From assembly GCA_002478275.1 (NCBI GenBank), contig DLMY01000020.1, positions 13,727 to 77,726 on the forward strand: 64,000 nt of DNA. Direction: 5' to 3'. Source of the stretch: Actinobacteria bacterium UBA7524. GTDB taxonomy: Bacteria > Actinomycetota > Coriobacteriia > Anaerosomatales > UBA912. The notes beneath the pieces are model-generated. The model made no database searches. It was not told the origin of the DNA and saw nothing but the letters and a program-made list of their open reading frames with translations. A program made the translations under genes and the position numbers. Below, piece by piece: positions 8,257-18,484 of the stretch (the stretch's first letter is position 1; every line of letters begins with the position of its first letter).

Positions 8257-9641
8257 CGCAAGGCGGACCCGCCGTGGATGACGCTCGTTTCCAGGAAGCG
8301 AAGGCGGCGTACGACGCGGGCGACTATCGCGTCGCCGCGAAGGGCTTCCTTGCCGCTGCGGGACGTGGCACCGACGGCAACGGAGCTGCGTACCACATGG
8401 CCGGCAACGCCCTGATGCGGCTTCGTCGCTACTCTGATGCGGTATCCGTGTACCGACATGCCTTGCGCGACGAACTCTATGAGAAGCGCGCCGCGGCCAG
8501 GGTGAACCTTGCGTCAGCTCTCGTCGCCCAGGCCGAGTATGGTGAAGCGGTGGAGGAGTACCGCGCAGCACTCGAAGACCCTGAGTACGATGCCCATTAC
8601 AGAGCACTCCAAGGGATGGCCGGAGCGCACATGCAGATGGGACACATCGAGGAGGCGGCTACCGCCTACCGGCAGGCAGCACTCGACTCGGGTAATCCCG
8701 ACCCCGGGAAGGCGCTCAACAACCTCGGACTCTGCTTCATGGCGCTTGACCGGCCCGGCGACGCGGTCGAGGCGTACAAGGCGGCGCTTGGCTTCGACAC
8801 GTATTCCGGTCGCGGAAAGGCGCTGGCCAATCTGGGTATCGCGTTTCACGCTCTGGGTTTGGATGCCGAGGCGGTCAAGGCGTTCGAGAAGGCGATTCAG
8901 CTCCACGGACACTCGCTGTCGGGCCAGGCTCTTGAGGCCTTCGACAGGAGCCAGGCGGCGCTCGTCGCACCCACGCCCGAACGTGAGGTCGTGGAGGGCT
9001 GGCAGACCGGAGAGATGCCGCCGGTGATCGAGTCGAGCATGGTCGGAATGTCCGGTTTCGACGACGGAGCCACTGTGGAGTTCGCGGCTATCCCGGGCAG
9101 TGATATCGAGTCTGGCACTCCGGGTACCGGTGCCGTTCTCGAAACGGAGGAGATCGAGGAGTCAGCCTTCTTCACCCGTTCGGACCAGGATATGCGTGAA
9201 GCCGACCGAGAGCTGAGAAGGGCCGAGCGGCTCAGCCGCAGAGAGACGCGCAACCCCTGGCGGACTGTGGTGTCGATCGCGTCGGTCGTGGTCGTGGTGG
9301 CCGGCGCTCTGCTGGCGCTGTACTTCACCGGACTCGGCTTCCCGACGCAGGCGATGACCGTCGATGGCCTGCTTGAGGCACGTGCCGCAGGTAGTGCGGT
9401 CGACAAGTACTGGGTGGCAGTGCCCGATGCTGACGTGGACAAGGAGATGGCGAAGCTGCCTCCTGTCAAGGAGTTCCAACTCGGAGCGATCGAGCGCGCG
9501 GCTCGTACGTCCCGGGTCGAGGTGACTGTGACGCCAGACAACGGAGCTCCATTACGTTATGAGATCACGTTGTCGCGCGAGGGTGTCGGTTGGAAGGTCA
9601 GTGGAGTGGCCAACGACTGGCGAACGCCAGAAGATGACTGA
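8253..9641 (+). CDS. TPR-repeat membrane-anchored protein
   Basis: The GTG start overlaps the upstream stop (GTGA). It has multiple TPR-like repeats (AxxYxxAL... patterns), one TM helix ([20 protein letters not shown]) and a small C-terminal domain. Confidence 0.75.
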   Translation: MTQGGPAVDDARFQEAKAAYDAGDYRVAAKGFLAAAGRGTDGNGAAYHMAGNALMRLRRYSDAVSVYRHALRDELYEKRAAARVNLASALVAQAEYGEAVEEYRAALEDPEYDAHYRALQGMAGAHMQMGHIEEAATAYRQAALDSGNPDPGKALNNLGLCFMALDRPGDAVEAYKAALGFDTYSGRGKALANLGIAFHALGLDAEAVKAFEKAIQLHGHSLSGQALEAFDRSQAALVAPTPEREVVEGWQTGEMPPVIESSMVGMSGFDDGATVEFAAIPGSDIESGTPGTGAVLETEEIEESAFFTRSDQDMREADRELRRAERLSRRETRNPWRTVVSIASVVVVVAGALLALYFTGLGFPTQAMTVDGLLEARAAGSAVDKYWVAVPDADVDKEMAKLPPVKEFQLGAIERAARTSRVEVTVTPDNGAPLRYEITLSREGVGWKVSGVANDWRTPEDD

Positions 9642-9771
9642 GTGAGGCGAGCGGGTTTTCGAGGTCCGCAGGAGTAGTCCTATGTGCGATGCATCTCCCT
9701 CACTTAGCCCGGATCGGCCCACTCGTGTACACTTGCCCGGATTGTAAGAGCGAGAATGGCGGCGAAGCGCC

Positions 9772-10194
9772 GTGACGGAAAGGAAGAACGTGGAGCAGAA
9801 GACCTTCATCATGATCAAACCGGACGCTGTGGCCAGGGGCCTCATCGCCCCGATCGTCCAGCGTTTCGAGAACACCGGCCTCACGATCGAACGGCTCGAA
9901 CTCGGAACGGTCACTCCCGAACAGGCCGCCGAGAACTATGCGGAGCACGAGGGCAAGCCCTTCTACCCCGGTCTCATCGAGTACATCACGTCAGGCCCTG
10001 TCGTGAAGATGGTGTTGTCCGGACCTGAGGCCGTGATGGTCTGCCGTAAACTCATGGGTGCGACCAACCCGCGCGATGCCGCGCCTGGAACCATCCGCGG
10101 TGATTTCGGACTGGTCGTGGACGCCAACGTCGTACACGGATCGGACTCGCCGGAGTCCGCACTTCGCGAGATCGAGATCTTCTTCGGGGACTAG
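9772..10194 (+). CDS. ndk: Nucleoside diphosphate kinase
   Basis: It has KTFIMIKPDAVARGLI and NVVHGSDS (active-site His). The start is uncertain: GTG 9772, or GTG 9790 after AAGGAAG. Confidence 0.92.
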   Translation: MTERKNVEQKTFIMIKPDAVARGLIAPIVQRFENTGLTIERLELGTVTPEQAAENYAEHEGKPFYPGLIEYITSGPVVKMVLSGPEAVMVCRKLMGATNPRDAAPGTIRGDFGLVVDANVVHGSDSPESALREIEIFFGD

Positions 10195-10235
10195 CGGAGT
10201 GGCGCCGATGCCTGGGGCGCCTCACGCTGATATAC

Positions 10236-10259
10236 GTGCCGGACATGCCGGTCCGGCAC
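10236..10259 (+). terminator. Stem-loop downstream of ndk
   Basis: GTGCCGGAC-6 nt-GTCCGGCAC forms a 9-bp stem. There is no U-tract, so it could instead be an attenuator or processing site. Confidence 0.35.
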
Positions 10260-10288
10260 CGACTCTGCCGGGAGTATGGGGGTAGCAT

Positions 10289-11311
10289 ATGTTCTTCCGT
10301 GTCATGGACAAGGAACGGGTGCCTGAACTCGTTTCCGGACTGTCCGAGAGCTTCGAGCTTTTCGGTCCAGTAGCGAAAGGGGAGAAGTTCGTTCTGGACC
10401 GCATCGAAGACCCAGCGGAGCTCAGGCTGGACTTCGATACCACGCTACTGCCGCCCAAGAAGCTCTTCTTCCCTCCAGAAGATCAGATGATGCGCTTCAG
10501 GGTGGCTGACAACGAGGTGCTCGACGACGAGGTCTTCGCGGCACCCCGGATGATCTTCGGGTTGCACCCGTGCGACATCAACGCACTGATGCTGATGGAC
10601 AACGTCTTCACGGGCGACTACGAGGATCCCTATTACACGGCCCGTCGGGCCTCGACGATGATCGTAGGCGTCTCGTGTGTCCCCACGGAGAGCTGCTTCT
10701 GCAATGCCTGGGGTACCGACGAGGTCCATTGGGGCTTCGACGTCTTCCTGACGGACATCGGAGACAGGTACTTCGTGTCCGTGCACTCGGTCAAAGGCGC
10801 CGAACTGCTCGACCAGCACGTCGTGACGAGAGAGATCACCGACGAGGACACCGCCGCCTTCCAGGAGCGCACGAGAGCATTCAAGTCCTCATTCACCGAG
10901 GAACTCGATACGGCGCAGTTGCCGCTGCTCCTGGATGCGAAGTTCGATGACAAGCTTTGGGATGAGCTCGGTGAGCGGTGCCTGAGCTGCGGTGCCTGTT
11001 CAATGGTATGCCCGACTTGTTACTGCTTCGACGTCAAGGACCGGCTCGCGGCCGACGGCAAGACGGGTGTCAGGGTCAGGACGTGGGACTCCTGCCAATT
11101 CAGTGAGTTCGCGGAGGTGGCTCACGGCGACAACTTCCGTGCGAGCCGGGCGAGCAGGGTCAAGTACCGTTACTACCACAAGCAGTGGGGTTATCTCTCG
11201 AAGTTCGAGCGTGTGTTGTGCGTCGGATGCGGCAGGTGCGCGAAAGCGTGTCTTGCCGGAATCAGTCCCAGAGAAGTCGTGAAGGCGCTGGAGAAGGGCG
11301 GTGAGTGCTGA
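10289..11311 (+). CDS. hydB: [NiFe] hydrogenase group-3b-type beta subunit (AsrA/HydB-like Fe-S protein)
   Basis: It has Cys clusters CLSCGACSMVCPTCYCF and CVGCGRCAKAC. It is the first gene of the beta-gamma-delta-alpha order known for sulfhydrogenase-type enzymes. Confidence 0.8.
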   Translation: MFFRVMDKERVPELVSGLSESFELFGPVAKGEKFVLDRIEDPAELRLDFDTTLLPPKKLFFPPEDQMMRFRVADNEVLDDEVFAAPRMIFGLHPCDINALMLMDNVFTGDYEDPYYTARRASTMIVGVSCVPTESCFCNAWGTDEVHWGFDVFLTDIGDRYFVSVHSVKGAELLDQHVVTREITDEDTAAFQERTRAFKSSFTEELDTAQLPLLLDAKFDDKLWDELGERCLSCGACSMVCPTCYCFDVKDRLAADGKTGVRVRTWDSCQFSEFAEVAHGDNFRASRASRVKYRYYHKQWGYLSKFERVLCVGCGRCAKACLAGISPREVVKALEKGGEC

Positions 11312-12165
11312 TGAGCGCATCGGCGTATCGCGAACTCCAGGCGAATCCGTATAGGCCGTGGCCTGCGCGTATCACTTCGATCATGGATCTGACCGAGCAC
11401 GAGAAGCTCTTCGAACTTCGTATCATCGACAACGAGGTACGTGAGGCGTTCAAGTTCGACAGCGGGCAGTTCGTCGAGCTGTCCATCTTCGGTGTGGGTG
11501 AAGCGCCGATCTCGATCTCCTCGGCGCCCAGCAAGCAGGGTTTCATCGAGCTGTGCGTACGTAACGCTGGCGACGTGACCGGGGCGCTGCACCGCAAGCA
11601 GTGCGGTGACGTAGTCGGTCTGCGCGGTCCTTTCGGTCGCGGCTTCCCGTTCTCGGAGATGAAGGGTCATGACGTCTTGCTTGTGGCCGGCGGGCTCGGC
11701 ATCGCGCCGCTCAAGTCGCTCATCAACCACATCCATGATGACAGACACGATTTCGGCAAGGTGACGATCTTGTACGGCGCCCGGAACCCTGATGAGGTGC
11801 TGTTCCGCTATCAGTTCGACATGTGGAAGCACCGCGACGATTTCGATCTGAAGTTGACGGTGGACGAGGCAGACGACACGTGGACCGACGGCGTGGGGCG
11901 CGTGACCGGACTGTTCGAGGAGCTGGACATCGACCCGTCGGTGACGTACGGGGCCATCTGTGGGCCGCCGGTGATGTATCGCTACGTCATCGACGAGATG
12001 CGTGAGAAGAAGATGGATGTCGACAAGATCTACGTGAGTTTCGAGCGGCGGATGAAGTGCGGGATCGGTAAGTGCGGACACTGTGGTGTTGGGCACCAGT
12101 ACGCGTGTGTGGATGGTCCCGTCTTCAACTACTGGGAAGCCATGAACCTCCAGGAGGCGATATAG
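11311..12165 (+). CDS. hydG: Hydrogenase gamma subunit (FAD/NAD(P)-binding, 2Fe-2S; AsrB/PyrK-like)
   Basis: It has the ferredoxin-reductase-type fold motifs GVGEAPISI and LLVAGGLGIAPL, and the C-terminal CGIGKCGHCGV cluster motif. ATG 11311 overlaps the upstream TGA. Confidence 0.82.
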   Translation: MSASAYRELQANPYRPWPARITSIMDLTEHEKLFELRIIDNEVREAFKFDSGQFVELSIFGVGEAPISISSAPSKQGFIELCVRNAGDVTGALHRKQCGDVVGLRGPFGRGFPFSEMKGHDVLLVAGGLGIAPLKSLINHIHDDRHDFGKVTILYGARNPDEVLFRYQFDMWKHRDDFDLKLTVDEADDTWTDGVGRVTGLFEELDIDPSVTYGAICGPPVMYRYVIDEMREKKMDVDKIYVSFERRMKCGIGKCGHCGVGHQYACVDGPVFNYWEAMNLQEAI

Positions 12166-12915
12166 ATGGCCGCTCGAGTCGTGGTCATCGGCCTGGCGAG
12201 TGATTTCGGGTGTCAGGTACAGATGACTAACATAGAGGACGACCTGCTTGACGTGCTCGGAACCATCGACCTCGTTTACTGGCAGCTTGCCGCGAGCGGA
12301 CACATGCCCGAGGAGTACGACGTGGCGATCGTCGAGGGTGCTGTCACGACCGACGCGCATGTCGAGACGCTCAAGCGCGTGAGGGAGACGGCGAGTGTCG
12401 TGATCGCGCTGGGAGCCTGTGCGGCTACAGGTGGTATCCCTGCCCTGGGCGCAACGGGTGATCTGGAAGCTCACTACGGTTGCGTATACGGACAAGACGC
12501 AGCCCAGGTCGCATGCGGACGCATCACACCTATGGCGATCGATTCCGTCATCGGCGTCGACTATGTGGTGCCGGGATGCCCGATCGACACCGAGGAGTTC
12601 CTCGTCGTGCTGTCTCGGGCGCTGCTGGGACTCAAGAGCAGGGTTCCCGCAGAGCCGATGTGTGCGATCTGCAAGACCAAGGAGAACGTCTGCTTCTTCG
12701 AGCGCGGCGAGCTGTGCCTCGGCGTGATAACCAGGACCGGATGTGGAGCTCGCTGCATCACGCTGGGACGGCCTTGCACGGGGTGCCGGGGTGTGGCGCC
12801 TGAGGCGAACCTCGACTCGGCCATCGCACTTCTGGCTGAGAAGGGGATCACCGCCGAGCGGCTGTTCGAGCGAGCTCGTCTGTACAACACTCTCGAGGAG
12901 GCGCTGGATCGATGA
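12166..12915 (+). CDS. hydD: [NiFe] hydrogenase small (delta) subunit
   Basis: It shows a NuoB/20-kDa-like pattern: SDFGCQV, ALGACAATGGIP and VPGCPI, plus distal Cys clusters. Confidence 0.85.
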   Translation: MAARVVVIGLASDFGCQVQMTNIEDDLLDVLGTIDLVYWQLAASGHMPEEYDVAIVEGAVTTDAHVETLKRVRETASVVIALGACAATGGIPALGATGDLEAHYGCVYGQDAAQVACGRITPMAIDSVIGVDYVVPGCPIDTEEFLVVLSRALLGLKSRVPAEPMCAICKTKENVCFFERGELCLGVITRTGCGARCITLGRPCTGCRGVAPEANLDSAIALLAEKGITAERLFERARLYNTLEEALDR

Positions 12916-14174
12916 GCACCCTTACTGTTGAGCACGTTGCCCGCATCGAGGGCCATGGCACCATCTCGGTAGACGTCGAAGGAGGAGAAGTCCGCGACAT
13001 CAGGATGGACGTGATAGAGCCGGCGCGCTTCTTCGAGTCCATGGTTCGCGGGCGGCGCTTCGACGAAGTCCCGTTGATCACGAGCCGCATCTGCGGGATC
13101 TGCTCGCCCAACCATGCTCTGACTTCGATCAAGGCGCTTGAAGCGGCAATGGGCGTTGAGGTGTGCGACAGGACGAACCTGCTCCGCAAGCTGCTCGTCT
13201 ACGGCAGCTACCTTCAGAACCACGCGACTCACCTCTACCTGTTCGCTGCTCCCGACTACGTGAATCTCGGCAGCGTCTTTCCGCTTGCGGAAACGCACCC
13301 GGATGTCGTGCAGCGCGCATTGCGTATCAAGAAGCTCGGCAACGACCTTACGACTCAGGTCGGTGGTAGGCCGGTTCATCCCATCACCGCGGTGGTGGGG
13401 GGCTTCACCTCCGAACCGTCCGTGTCCGTGTTGGAGGCCATGCATACCGCCTTGCTCGACGTGGCCAAGGACGCGGTTTCGACGGCCGAGTTGTTCGCGG
13501 CCTTCGAGGAGTTGGACCTGTCGACCGGCGGTGAGATGCTCGCGCTTTCCTCGGCGGATGACTACGCGATCTACGACGGTGACATCGCGGCGCTTGACGG
13601 TGGTTGGCGCAAGCCGGTGGCCGGGTATCGTGACGTGATCCGCGAGGACGTGGCCGCGCACAGCAACGCAAAGCACTCGACGGTCGACGGCAGGACGTTC
13701 ATGACCGGTGCTCTACCGCGCATCAACATCAACGGTGAGCGTCTGGTCGATGAGGCGAGAGCCGCGATGGAGAGCGTAGCTGGCCTGCAGGGATCGAGAA
13801 ACCCGCTGCACAACAACGTCTCTCAGGCGATCGAGTTGATAGATGCGGCAGTTCGCTGCGCCGGCTACATCGAGCAGCTCCTTGCCGAGCCCGGAGAGAG
13901 CACGCCCGTCGAGTACCAGGTACGTGCAGGTGACGGGGCGGCCGCGACCGAAGCTCCCAGGGGCACGCTGTACCACTGGTATGAGGTCGACGATGACGGC
14001 ATAGTGCGCGCCGGAGACGTGATCACGCCCACGGCGCAGAATCTGGCGAACCTGGAAAGCGATATGCGGGCGTTCGCTCCGACGGTCGCAGGACTGCCCG
14101 AACAGGAGTTCTTGCTGGCCATCGAGCGGCTCGTACGTGCGTACGACCCCTGTCTGTCGTGTTCGGTGCATTAG
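12912..14174 (+). CDS. hydA: [NiFe] hydrogenase large (alpha) subunit
   Basis: It has the N-terminal RICGICSPNH and C-terminal DPCLSCSVH Ni-binding motifs. The ATGA overlaps the delta subunit, and the stop TAG follows the His directly. Confidence 0.92.
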   Translation: MSTLTVEHVARIEGHGTISVDVEGGEVRDIRMDVIEPARFFESMVRGRRFDEVPLITSRICGICSPNHALTSIKALEAAMGVEVCDRTNLLRKLLVYGSYLQNHATHLYLFAAPDYVNLGSVFPLAETHPDVVQRALRIKKLGNDLTTQVGGRPVHPITAVVGGFTSEPSVSVLEAMHTALLDVAKDAVSTAELFAAFEELDLSTGGEMLALSSADDYAIYDGDIAALDGGWRKPVAGYRDVIREDVAAHSNAKHSTVDGRTFMTGALPRININGERLVDEARAAMESVAGLQGSRNPLHNNVSQAIELIDAAVRCAGYIEQLLAEPGESTPVEYQVRAGDGAAATEAPRGTLYHWYEVDDDGIVRAGDVITPTAQNLANLESDMRAFAPTVAGLPEQEFLLAIERLVRAYDPCLSCSVH

Positions 14175-14279
14175 GCCGGATCGAGGAAATCGCCCGGGGC
14201 TATGGCGGGAATCCGCAATGACTGGTAAAACCTTGTCTCAACCATCTTTGGCGGTTGACAGGGGTTGAAGGGAGAGCTC

Positions 14280-15581
14280 TTGCGAAAGGCCGGCTTCCCG
14301 GGCGGCGTGCACCCGCCCGATCGCAAAGAGGCGTCCAGGGACGAAGCGATACGACGGGCACCTGTGCCTGAGGTGCTCGTCGTCCCTATGAGCCAGCATC
14401 TGGGGGCACCCTGTGCGCCTACGGTCGAAGTGGGCGAGCACGTCCGTCGCGGCCAGGTGGTCGGGGCCGTCGACGCCATGGTGTCGGCCCCGGTGCACTC
14501 GCCGGTCGACGGAGAAGTCACGGCGATAGTACGTGTGATGCTGGCGTCGGGCGTCATGGCTCAGGCTGTCGAGATCACGCCCGCGGCCGACCAGGACTTC
14601 GGTTCGTTCGAGCGGATACCGGACGCAGAGAGCGTTGCGGAACTCGTTCGTGCCGCAGGCATCGTCGGGCTCGGAGGAGCCACGTTCCCTGCGGCGGTCA
14701 AGCTAAGCCCGCCGAAGGACATGAGGATCCACACGGTCATCCTCAACGGCTGCGAGTGCGAGCCGTATCTGACGTGTGACCACAGGCTCATGCTCGAGCA
14801 GCCGCAGCGCGTGGTGAAGGGTGCCGAGATCATCCGCGAAGCGGTCGGAGCGTCCCGGGCGGTGATCGCGGTCGAGGACAACAAGCCTGACGCTGCTTCC
14901 GCACTCGGTGCCGTGTCGGGGGCCGACGTTGACGTCCATGTACTGCCTACACACTACCCGCAGGGTGCTGAGAAGCAGCTGATACTCGCCGTGCTGGGCA
15001 AGGAGGTTCCACACGGCAAGCTTCCGGCGGCCACCGGCGCGCTCGTGCACAACGTCGGCACCGCCGCGGCGATCGCAGACGCGGTGGAGCTGCGCCGGCC
15101 GCTCATGGAGCGCGTCGTCACGGTCACCGGTAAGGTGGCCTCTCCCGCCAACCTGCTGACGCTGCTGGGCACGCCCGCGCAGGTCCTCGTCGACGAGGCT
15201 GGCGGGCTGACGGGCGACGTCGGACGCCTGATCGCAGGCGGCCCGATGACCGGCAACGGCCTGGCGGACCTCTCGATCCCCGTGATCAAGGGTACGTCGG
15301 GCATCGTCGCCCTGCCTGCCGAGGAGACCCCGCCGGCGGTTTGCGGTGACCAACCCTGCATCCGGTGCTCGCGTTGCGTGAGCGCGTGTCCGATGTACCT
15401 TCAGCCCTACGCGATCGGCATCTACGCGAACCGTTCCGATTGGGACGGGACCGAGAGGTACAAGGCGCTCGACTGCATCGAGTGCGGTTGCTGCAGCTAT
15501 GCGTGTCCGACCAACCGCCCGCTGGTGCAACTGATCCGCCGGGCCAAGCATGCGTTGATGGAGAGGGGGGCGAAGCTGTGA
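14280..15581 (+). CDS. rnfC: Rnf complex subunit C
   Basis: It has FPGGVHPP near the N-terminus, GLGGATFP, and two 4Fe-4S motifs (CIRCSRCVSACP and CIECGCCSYACP). TTG 14280 follows GAAGGGAGAG; the track start at 14265 is also TTG. Confidence 0.9.
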   Translation: MRKAGFPGGVHPPDRKEASRDEAIRRAPVPEVLVVPMSQHLGAPCAPTVEVGEHVRRGQVVGAVDAMVSAPVHSPVDGEVTAIVRVMLASGVMAQAVEITPAADQDFGSFERIPDAESVAELVRAAGIVGLGGATFPAAVKLSPPKDMRIHTVILNGCECEPYLTCDHRLMLEQPQRVVKGAEIIREAVGASRAVIAVEDNKPDAASALGAVSGADVDVHVLPTHYPQGAEKQLILAVLGKEVPHGKLPAATGALVHNVGTAAAIADAVELRRPLMERVVTVTGKVASPANLLTLLGTPAQVLVDEAGGLTGDVGRLIAGGPMTGNGLADLSIPVIKGTSGIVALPAEETPPAVCGDQPCIRCSRCVSACPMYLQPYAIGIYANRSDWDGTERYKALDCIECGCCSYACPTNRPLVQLIRRAKHALMERGAKL

Positions 15582-16588
15582 GCGAGCAGGAGACCCAGAC
15601 AGCGTTGCCGCGCCTCGCTTCGTCCCCGCATATCTCCGACGGGGAGAGCTGCACCAGGATCATGTTATGGGTGGTCGCGGCACTTACGCCGGTCACGCTG
15701 TGGTCGGTATGGAACATGGGGATGGTCGCGGTCGGACTTCTGGCCGCGTGCATACTGTCCGCCGTCGGTACGGAGTGGGTCTGGAACCGGGTGGCCAAGC
15801 ATCCACAGACCATCACGGACGGCAGTGCGCTGCTGACAGGTCTGCTGCTTGCGCTTGCGCTGCCCCCCAGGACGCCGCTTTGGATAGCCGTGGCCGGCGG
15901 CATCGTCTCCATAGGCCTGGCCAAGATGCTCTTCGGTGGCCTGGGTTGGAACCTCTTCAACCCGGCACTGGTGGGTCGCGCGTTCATCGCGATCTCCTGG
16001 GGCGGCGTGTTGGCGGAGCAGAAGGTTCCCGGCGGGTGGTTCCGCGGCATCGACGTCTTGGCGCCTGAGGGTCTCGACGCCCTGACCGGCGCGACACGGC
16101 TGGCCATCGCTGGTGCGGACATGGCGGCCGGGGGTGCGTACGGTTTCGACGCGAAGGCCCAGTACGTCCCGCTTCTGTTCATGAACCTGGAAGGGTCGCT
16201 CGGCGAGATCTCTGGAGCGCTCCTCATCCTGGGGGGCTTCGTGCTTGTCGCTCGCGGAATCATCGACTGGAGGATCCCCGTGAGCTACATCGGCACGGTC
16301 GCGGTGCTCGCCTGGGCGTTCGGCGTCGATCCCGTCTTCAGCGTGTTGGCGGGAGGCGTGCTGCTCGGGGCGTTCTTCATGGCGACCGACTATGTGACGT
16401 CCCCTATGACGCCGACGGGCCGGCTGCTGTTCGGTTGCGGATGTGGGCTGATCAACATCGTCGCGAGGCTGTTCGGCCCCGCTCCCGAGGCCACGACCTG
16501 GGCGATCCTGTTCATGAACGGCCTGGTGCCGCTGATAGACAGGCTTACGCTGCCGCGCGTGTTCGGATGGGAGGGTCGCCGTGGATAG
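15578..16588 (+). CDS. rnfD: Rnf complex subunit D
   Basis: It is a polytopic NqrB/RnfD-like protein. It carries the FMN-attachment-type motif in ...GATRLA... and the TDYVTSP motif. GTG 15578 overlaps the rnfC stop (GTGA) after GAGAGGGGGG. Confidence 0.88.
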   Translation: MSEQETQTALPRLASSPHISDGESCTRIMLWVVAALTPVTLWSVWNMGMVAVGLLAACILSAVGTEWVWNRVAKHPQTITDGSALLTGLLLALALPPRTPLWIAVAGGIVSIGLAKMLFGGLGWNLFNPALVGRAFIAISWGGVLAEQKVPGGWFRGIDVLAPEGLDALTGATRLAIAGADMAAGGAYGFDAKAQYVPLLFMNLEGSLGEISGALLILGGFVLVARGIIDWRIPVSYIGTVAVLAWAFGVDPVFSVLAGGVLLGAFFMATDYVTSPMTPTGRLLFGCGCGLINIVARLFGPAPEATTWAILFMNGLVPLIDRLTLPRVFGWEGRRG

Positions 16589-17192
16589 AGTGGCGTCTAC
16601 TCCCGCGAAGATGGTACTTGCGGTTCTGGTGACCTGCGCAGTCTCGGCGACCGCACTCACGCTCACTTACGAGATGACTCGCGGACGCATCGCCGAACAG
16701 CAAAGAGCCGCCGAGGAAAGAGCCCTCAAGTCGGTGCTTTCCTCGGCAGAGGAGTTCGAGGCGCTCGACGACGGGCTGCTCGAAGACGCCCAGGAAGCCG
16801 CTGGAGAGGTTCAGGTCTTCGGCCTGTGGGTGGGACGCGACGCGACTGGCGGACCCCAGGGTTTTGCCGTGCGCTGTGCTCCCCGAGGTTACGGCGGACC
16901 CATGCAGCTGGTCGTCGGTTTAGATAGAGATGGGAAAGTCTCCGGTGTCAGTATCATCACGCAGAATGAGACACCGGGACTCGGCACGAAGATCATGACC
17001 GATGCGTGGTTCCTCGAGCAGTTCGTCGGATGGGACGGCACGTCGATCGACACAGCATCCAAGGAGTTCGATTCGATCAGCGGTGCGACCAAGTCCGCGG
17101 TCGGTGTTCGTAAAGGCGTTATCGTCGCCGGGCACGTCTATGCTGACGTGCTGGCCGGGATCGAGGTACCGGAAGGGGGTGGGGGACAGTGA
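16581..17192 (+). CDS. rnfG: Rnf complex subunit G (FMN-binding)
   Basis: It has an N-terminal TM anchor and the FDSISGATKSAVGV FMN-binding motif. Confidence 0.88.
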   Translation: MDRVASTPAKMVLAVLVTCAVSATALTLTYEMTRGRIAEQQRAAEERALKSVLSSAEEFEALDDGLLEDAQEAAGEVQVFGLWVGRDATGGPQGFAVRCAPRGYGGPMQLVVGLDRDGKVSGVSIITQNETPGLGTKIMTDAWFLEQFVGWDGTSIDTASKEFDSISGATKSAVGVRKGVIVAGHVYADVLAGIEVPEGGGGQ

Positions 17193-17851
17193 GTGAATGG
17201 ATAGCGGTTTTCAAGCGCGGCCTCCTGATCGACAACCCCCTGACCGTGTTGATGATCGGGTTGTGTGCGACCCTCGCCGTCTCGACCAAGGTCGAAGGCG
17301 CGTTGTTCATGGGCCTCGCCGTCATCTTCGTCATGACCGCATCCAGCGTGCTGATCTCGACGATGCGACGTTTCGTGCCAGAACTGGTGCGCATCCCAGT
17401 GTTCATCGTCGTGATCGCCTCGTTCGTGACCATAGTCGACTTGACGATGCACGCCTTCCTGCCTGACATCTACACGTTTCTGGGCGTCTGGATCCCGCTC
17501 ATCGTCGTGAACTGCCTTATCCTCGGCAGGGCCGAGGCGTTCGCGTATCACAACCCGCCCCGTCTGGTGTCCGCCGATGGCCTCGGGATGGGACTCGGGT
17601 TCGCCGTCGTGATCGTCGTGCTTGCGTTCATCCGCGAGTTCGTCGGTAGCGGTGAGATCGTATTCATGGGAACCAGGTTGATCGCTATGCCCTCGTGGTA
17701 TCGCGGTCCTGGTGTCGTGATGCTGTTCCCGGGCGCGTTCCTCGTGTTCGGTTTCCTCGTGGCAGCGATGACAGCGCTCAATCGCCGACTCGCCGCACGC
17801 AAAGTCGAGCCGATCCCCGGGTGTACGTTGGACGAAGGAGGCCCGAGCTGA
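17189..17851 (+). CDS. rnfE: Rnf complex subunit E
   Basis: It is a NqrD/RnfE-like hydrophobic protein (GLCATLAVS, VNCLILGRAEAF). GTGA overlaps the upstream gene. Confidence 0.88.
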   Translation: MSEWIAVFKRGLLIDNPLTVLMIGLCATLAVSTKVEGALFMGLAVIFVMTASSVLISTMRRFVPELVRIPVFIVVIASFVTIVDLTMHAFLPDIYTFLGVWIPLIVVNCLILGRAEAFAYHNPPRLVSADGLGMGLGFAVVIVVLAFIREFVGSGEIVFMGTRLIAMPSWYRGPGVVMLFPGAFLVFGFLVAAMTALNRRLAARKVEPIPGCTLDEGGPS

Positions 17852-18471
17852 TGGAGACGCTCAGTCACTTCGCGCTGCTCCTTGTCGGCGGTGCGCTCGT
17901 CAACAACATCCTGCTCACGCGGTTCATCGGGCTGTGCCCGTTCTTCGGTGTGTCGAACGCGATGGAGACATCGATAGGCATGGCGGGCGCGGTGTTGTTC
18001 GTGATGACGCTTGCCTCGACGGGGACCTGGGTCTTCTGGAACGTGTTGCTCGAGCCTCTCGGGGTGGGTGACTTCCTCTACATCCCCGCATTCATCCTGG
18101 TGATAGCCTCGCTGGTCCAGTTCGTCGAGATGTACCTGCGCAAGGCGAGCCCGGGGCTGTACCGCGCGCTCGGCATCTTCTTGCCGCTGATCACCACGAA
18201 CTGCGCGGTCCTTGCCACGGCGACCGAGTCGGTCAAGCCTGGCTTCTTCAAGATGAACGTGGCGTATTCGTTCGGTTTCGGTGAGACGCTCGTATACACC
18301 CTTGGGGTCGCGATCGGTTTCGGATTCGCGCTCATCAGCTTCGCCGCACTTCGCGAGCGTCTTGAGGTCGCCCCGGTGCCGGAGATCATGAAGGGTACTC
18401 CGATGGCGTTCATCACGGCAGGACTGCTCTCATTCGGCTACGTGGGCCTCGGCGGCCTGTTCGGTCTGTAA
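17851..18471 (+). CDS. rnfA: Rnf complex subunit A
   Basis: ATG 17851 overlaps the rnfE stop. It has ALVNNILLTRFIGLCPFFGVS and ITTNCAVLA motifs, as in NqrE/RnfA. Confidence 0.88.
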   Translation: METLSHFALLLVGGALVNNILLTRFIGLCPFFGVSNAMETSIGMAGAVLFVMTLASTGTWVFWNVLLEPLGVGDFLYIPAFILVIASLVQFVEMYLRKASPGLYRALGIFLPLITTNCAVLATATESVKPGFFKMNVAYSFGFGETLVYTLGVAIGFGFALISFAALRERLEVAPVPEIMKGTPMAFITAGLLSFGYVGLGGLFGL

Positions 18472-18484
18472 GGAAGGGAAGCAC

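Noticed and set aside
14255-14260. A perfect TTGACA hexamer upstream of rnfC, considered as a -35 box.
   Set aside because: It lies only 20 nt before the probable rnfC start codon, with no matching -10 at the proper spacing. It cannot serve this gene unless the mRNA were leaderless, for which there is no support.
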